NCBI GenBank assembly: GCA_963713865.1
Contig: OY970208.1
Span: 1,056,001 to 1,120,000, forward strand
DNA length: 64,000 nt
From: an uncultured candidate division Zixibacteria bacterium
GTDB lineage: Bacteria > Zixibacteria > MSB-5A5 > RBG-16-43-9
Reading direction: 5' to 3'
In this document: piece after piece, positions 60,088 through 64,000 of the stretch
Layout: every line of letters begins with the position of its first letter
How positions within the stretch are numbered: position 1 is the first letter of the stretch
Notes under the pieces: model-generated
The model's database searches: none
Seen by the model: only the letters and a program-made list of their open reading frames with translations
What the model was told of the DNA's origin: nothing
Program-made: the position numbers and the translations under genes

Positions 60088-60215
60088 AAAAGTAATTTAA
60101 AGTAGCTTGTTTGCCTCTTTAATGAAATCCCAAAATTTTTATTTATTTAATCTTAAGTTTTTCCTGCTCCCTTTCCGTATTTTTTAATAACTGGACTTGA
60201 ATTATTGGAGGATTT

Positions 60216-60947
60216 CTGAACGACGTTTCTATCTTAGCTGCTTTTACTGGTGGCTTAATCTCTTTCATCTCTCCCTGCGTCCTTCCTTTGATCCCGGGGT
60301 ATCTATCATTTATCTCCGGGCTGACCTTAGAGGAACTTCAAAAAAAAGATGACAAGCTTGAAAACCTCAAAAAGGTGAGCTTGAACTCTCTTTTCTTTAT
60401 CTTAGGTTTTTCCTTGATTTTTATGCTTTTAGGAGCCTCAGCTACATTTTTAGGTAAGTTTCTTATCTCCAAGATTTCTATTTTCAATAAAATTGCCGGT
60501 ATAATAATCTTCATATTCGGTTTTCATCTCATCGGGATTTATAGAATTCCCTGGCTGGATTATGAGAAAAGGTTTCATGCCAGAAAAAAAGGGGTGGGTT
60601 TTTTAGAGTCATTTTTAATCGGTCTAGCTTTTGCCTTTGGCTGGAGTCCCTGTATTGGACCTATCTTAGCTGGTATATTAGTCTTGGCTTCTAATCAACA
60701 GACGGTGGCTCAGGGGATGGGTCTGCTTTTAGCTTATTCCTTGGGTCTGGGTATCCCCTTTATGATTACCGGAATCGGGTTTAACCTTTTCCTAGAAATT
60801 TTTGCTAAAGTTAAAAAATATTTCAGAACTATCGAGACGGTGAGTGGAATTTTCCTGATGGTAATTGGAGTTTTAATCTTCTTTAACGTTATGGGGTATC
60901 TTTCTGCAATTTTAGTTCGTCTTTTCCCTGGTCTTTTAAAAGGTTAA
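60216..60947 (+). CDS. ccdA: CcdA/DsbD transmembrane cytochrome c biogenesis protein (probable CTG start)
   Basis: In-frame AAFTGGLISFISPCVLPLIP lies upstream of the ORF-track start; FGWSPCIGP; GGAGG at 60207. Confidence 0.85.
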   Translation: MNDVSILAAFTGGLISFISPCVLPLIPGYLSFISGLTLEELQKKDDKLENLKKVSLNSLFFILGFSLIFMLLGASATFLGKFLISKISIFNKIAGIIIFIFGFHLIGIYRIPWLDYEKRFHARKKGVGFLESFLIGLAFAFGWSPCIGPILAGILVLASNQQTVAQGMGLLLAYSLGLGIPFMITGIGFNLFLEIFAKVKKYFRTIETVSGIFLMVIGVLIFFNVMGYLSAILVRLFPGLLKG

Positions 60948-60971
60948 AGTTATTTTATTTGTATAAAAAAT

Positions 60972-62021
60972 ATGTCAGAGATTCTGGAGTGTAAAGCTTT
61001 AGCTCTACCCTATCGAAAAACAGGAAAATCTTTTTTGGCAAACCTAAAAGTTCGCACTCCAAAGTCGTTTAAACAACTAATTTTTCAAAGCTCTTTTCTT
61101 AATCTCTTCAAAGCATTATTGTTAATCCTCTTATTCCGAGGAGTGAGTATGGGAACTGAACTTGATTTTAAATCTTTAATACCCGAAGGTGCGAAAGATT
61201 TTAAGAAAGTAGATCAGGCACAGTTATTTGACCGGGAAAACCTGTTTGATTATATGAATGGAGGTGCAGAACTATACCTTTCTTACAATTTTCAAAGACT
61301 TTCAGTCCAGGAATATAGAGATAAGGACAGAGTGATCACTGTAGAGGTCTATGAGATGAAAACCTCACAGGATGCTTTCGGGCTTTACTCTTTAGACCAG
61401 GAGGCTGATAATCCGCCTCAGGCGGATACGGCTCGTAGAGGAAAGAATTTAGCTATTGGAAATAAAGCCAATTTCAGTTCCGGACTTTTGAAATTCTGGA
61501 AAGGTAATTATTTTGTAAGGATAGTTGATCTAAACGGGAATGATCAATTTAAAGATGTGATTATGGAATTGGGTAACAAGATTTCCAAAAAGATAGATAA
61601 GAAAGGTGAATTGCCAGAACTCTTATCTAAATTACCAGCAGAAGGGCTAATCCTAAATTCGGAGAGATTTTTCCATAAACAGATCGTCTTGAACAATCTA
61701 TATTTTCTATCCACTGAAAACCTTCTTAATTTAAATGAGAAGACCTCTGCAGTTATGGGAGATTACCTCTTGGGGAAGATGAATCTGAAACTTCTTCTGA
61801 TCTCTTACCCGGATACATTTTCTGCCAGGTCTACATTTGAAAGTTTCTGCACAAAATATCTTAAATCCTTTCCTTCAGGCAAAAAAGTTATTCAAAAGGT
61901 AGAGGAAGATAAATTCATCGGTTTAGAGTTGGAGAAAAATTATTTATGGTTTACATTTGAAGGTAAAGATGAGAGAAATACTGGAGATGTTTTGCGAAAA
62001 GTTAAGGAAAAGCTAAAGTAA
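60972..62021 (+). CDS. DUF6599-like exported protein (true start may be ATG 61149)
   Basis: LFDYMNGGAELYLSYNF, DAFGLYS, FWKGNYFV; 5' part overlaps a REP-doublet-like palindrome at ~60984-61060. Confidence 0.7.
   Translation: MSEILECKALALPYRKTGKSFLANLKVRTPKSFKQLIFQSSFLNLFKALLLILLFRGVSMGTELDFKSLIPEGAKDFKKVDQAQLFDRENLFDYMNGGAELYLSYNFQRLSVQEYRDKDRVITVEVYEMKTSQDAFGLYSLDQEADNPPQADTARRGKNLAIGNKANFSSGLLKFWKGNYFVRIVDLNGNDQFKDVIMELGNKISKKIDKKGELPELLSKLPAEGLILNSERFFHKQIVLNNLYFLSTENLLNLNEKTSAVMGDYLLGKMNLKLLLISYPDTFSARSTFESFCTKYLKSFPSGKKVIQKVEEDKFIGLELEKNYLWFTFEGKDERNTGDVLRKVKEKLK
61404..61439 (+). repeat. 36-nt in-frame mini-element insertion encoding ADNPPQADTARR
   Basis: GCTGATAA[TCCGCCTCAGGCGGA]TACGGCTCGTAGA; starts and ends on codon boundaries. 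Confidence 0.75.
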
Positions 62022-62022
62022 T

Positions 62023-62979
62023 ATGGTAAGAAAAGAAAAGATATCTTTTACCCGCCGTGATTTTCTGAAAGGGACAGCTTTTACCTCTTTAGGAGTGGCA
62101 CTGGGAATTTTATCACCTGAGGTTCTGTCTTCTCAAGAGGTGAAAAAGGAGAGAGTTGTCCTAATCAGGGAAAAAGATGTTTTAAGCGAAGATCTGAAAG
62201 TAGATTCAAGACTTCTTTCTAAGATGCTTGATTCGGGGATGATGAGTTTTGGAGGCGAAAAGGAGCCACTGGAGATCTGGAAAACCCTTTTCAGTCCCAG
62301 GGATATAGTCGGAGTTAAAATAAGTTTTATGATGACTCCCACTCATAAGGAGTTGATCGAGCTTATCGTCCAGAACTTATTAAAAGCAGGGGTAGAAGAT
62401 AAAAATATCTATGTCTGGGACAGGGATAAGGTGGGGATGGGTTCTGCGGAGATGTTTTCTCAACCGAGGAGTTTTGGATTTGACAATGACCATTTAAGTA
62501 AGGTCATAAAAAAATGTACTGCACTTATCAATGTCACAGGTATGAAAAGCCACTGGCTTTCCGGTGCTGCTTTTTCCATAAAGAACTGGGCTGGAGCGAT
62601 CGATAACGCTTATGAATATCATACTGAGGATTGCTGTTCCTCCTTGGGTGCTTTGTGTGCTATCCCCGAAATAAAATCTAAATGCCGGCTAATAATATTA
62701 GATGGGTTAAGACCACTGTTTAATGGTGGTCCTCAGGTTGATCCCAAATATCTCTGGAGTTATAATGGATTAATTATTGGTAGAGACCATGTAGCAGTGG
62801 ATACAGTGGCCCTAAGGATAATCCAGAATAAAAGGGATGAATTCAAAAAAGGAAAATGGATTTTGAGTCCACCTCCGCTTCATATAGGTTTGGCTGACAT
62901 AAAATATAAGGTCGGGACAAGCGATTTAAACAAGATTGAGCTTATAAAATTGGGCTGGCAGCAAGGGATGCTATTATGA
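62023..62979 (+). CDS. Tat-exported DUF362 domain protein
   Basis: TRRDFLK; VGVKIS, MKSH, SIKNW, GGP, DHVAVD. Confidence 0.8.
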   Translation: MVRKEKISFTRRDFLKGTAFTSLGVALGILSPEVLSSQEVKKERVVLIREKDVLSEDLKVDSRLLSKMLDSGMMSFGGEKEPLEIWKTLFSPRDIVGVKISFMMTPTHKELIELIVQNLLKAGVEDKNIYVWDRDKVGMGSAEMFSQPRSFGFDNDHLSKVIKKCTALINVTGMKSHWLSGAAFSIKNWAGAIDNAYEYHTEDCCSSLGALCAIPEIKSKCRLIILDGLRPLFNGGPQVDPKYLWSYNGLIIGRDHVAVDTVALRIIQNKRDEFKKGKWILSPPPLHIGLADIKYKVGTSDLNKIELIKLGWQQGMLL

Positions 62980-63893
62980 GAAGAAGAGAGTTTATAAAAA
63001 GTTCCATTGGTTTGGGTGCGGCTTTAGGTTTTTCTTCATTTTTATCACTTGACTCTTCTGGTGAAGAAGTTCAGACAGTAAGTCTGCCTGATCTGACAGT
63101 AGTTAAAAATGGTGATCCGGGATATATGGTCAGAAAAGCAATAGAACTTTTAGGGGGGATGAAAAATTTTGTTTCTGCTGGTGATATTGTGGTAGTGAAG
63201 CCGAATATAGGCTGGGATAGAAGACCCGAACAGGCAGCTAATACCAATCCAGAGGTTATCTCTGAGGTAGTGAAGATGTGCCTGGAGGCTGGGGCTAAGA
63301 AGGTTAAAGTTTTTGACCGTTCCTGTAATACCGCTCAGAGATGTTATGAGAGTAGCGGGATAAAAAAAGCAGTATCTTTGGCTGGAGCAGAGGTAAGTTA
63401 TGTTCTGGATGCAGGGTTTAAAGAGTATAAGTTTCCCAAAGGGGTTTATTTAAAATCCTGGCCTATTTATAAACCGGCCTTGGAATGCAACCTTTTGATC
63501 AACTTACCAATTGCCAAACATCACGGGCTGACCCGTTTAACCTTAGGAATGAAAAATCTTATGGGGCTTATGGGTGGGGATAGAGGTCAGATTCATCAGA
63601 GTATAGATGAGAAGTTAGCTGATATTGCTAATTTCATAAACCCTGGCCTGAATATTCTGGATGCCTATCGTATCCTAACAGATAATGGTCCTACAGGTGG
63701 AAATCCCCGAGATGTTAAATTAACCAAGACAGTTATTGCTGGAAGAAAGATTGCATCGGTTGACGCATATGGGACTACCCTTTTCAATTTAAAACCAGTT
63801 GACCTGCCCTGCATAGTCTTGGGGAACAAATTTGGCTTAGGCGAGATAGACCTGAATAAATTGAAGATTGAAAAATATAGTTTTGCTTCATGA
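62976..63893 (+). CDS. Tat-exported DUF362 domain protein
   Basis: MRRREFIK; VKPNIGWDR, NLPIAKHH, LGMKNLMG, NGPTGG. Confidence 0.85.
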   Translation: MRRREFIKSSIGLGAALGFSSFLSLDSSGEEVQTVSLPDLTVVKNGDPGYMVRKAIELLGGMKNFVSAGDIVVVKPNIGWDRRPEQAANTNPEVISEVVKMCLEAGAKKVKVFDRSCNTAQRCYESSGIKKAVSLAGAEVSYVLDAGFKEYKFPKGVYLKSWPIYKPALECNLLINLPIAKHHGLTRLTLGMKNLMGLMGGDRGQIHQSIDEKLADIANFINPGLNILDAYRILTDNGPTGGNPRDVKLTKTVIAGRKIASVDAYGTTLFNLKPVDLPCIVLGNKFGLGEIDLNKLKIEKYSFAS

Positions 63894-63987
63894 AGAAATT
63901 AGCTATTTACGATTGGCTTTTAGCTGTTTTCAAAAATCAAAAAGCGAATAGCCAATAGCGAACAGCGAAATTCAGAGGAGATTTTGA

Positions 63988-64000
63988 TTGAAAACTCTGC
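63988..64000 (+). CDS. Possible start of the next gene (truncated by window end)
   Basis: GAGGAG SD then TTG AAA ACT CTG; too short to assign a product. Confidence 0.3.

Noticed and set aside
683-62342. Numerous 60-170 aa antisense or alternate-frame ORFs in the ORF track
   Set aside because: Shadow ORFs overlapping well-supported genes, with no motifs

Overview
AT-rich bacterial chromosomal window. The gene content (many C-terminal 'YLFKGGP' dockerins, LSQNxPNPFNP sorting tails, short FCB-type RpoD) suggests candidate phylum Zixibacteria or a related FCB lineage; this is inference only. Main content: (1) a dispersed non-cellulolytic cohesin-dockerin set of five dockerin-tailed secreted proteins (Ig-repeat adhesin, 1047-aa protein, M1 aminopeptidase, two beta-propellers) and three cohesin-like proteins with T9SS/FlgD-type C-terminal domains; (2) a peptide uptake and fermentation cluster (two HtrA, M29 aminopeptidase, oligopeptidase B, OPT transporter, 2-oxoacid:ferredoxin oxidoreductase, ferredoxin); (3) a complete IS110 (IS621-like) element inserted in a REP hairpin, whose bridge-RNA guides, CT cores and circle-junction promoter can be read from the sequence; (4) many REP-like palindromes plus a 26-46 nt mini-element (GCCGAT...CGTAGA) inserted into other repeats and in frame into a gene; (5) a sigma-54 PEP-CTERM gene, an orphan 3' half of tRNA-Leu, a 2264-bp tandem duplication, and a TPR/GGDEF/EPS export locus. 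Three genes are frameshifted, and each is repaired by removing one T from the same heptamer GTTCTGG. No CRISPR array, rRNA or complete tRNA was seen.
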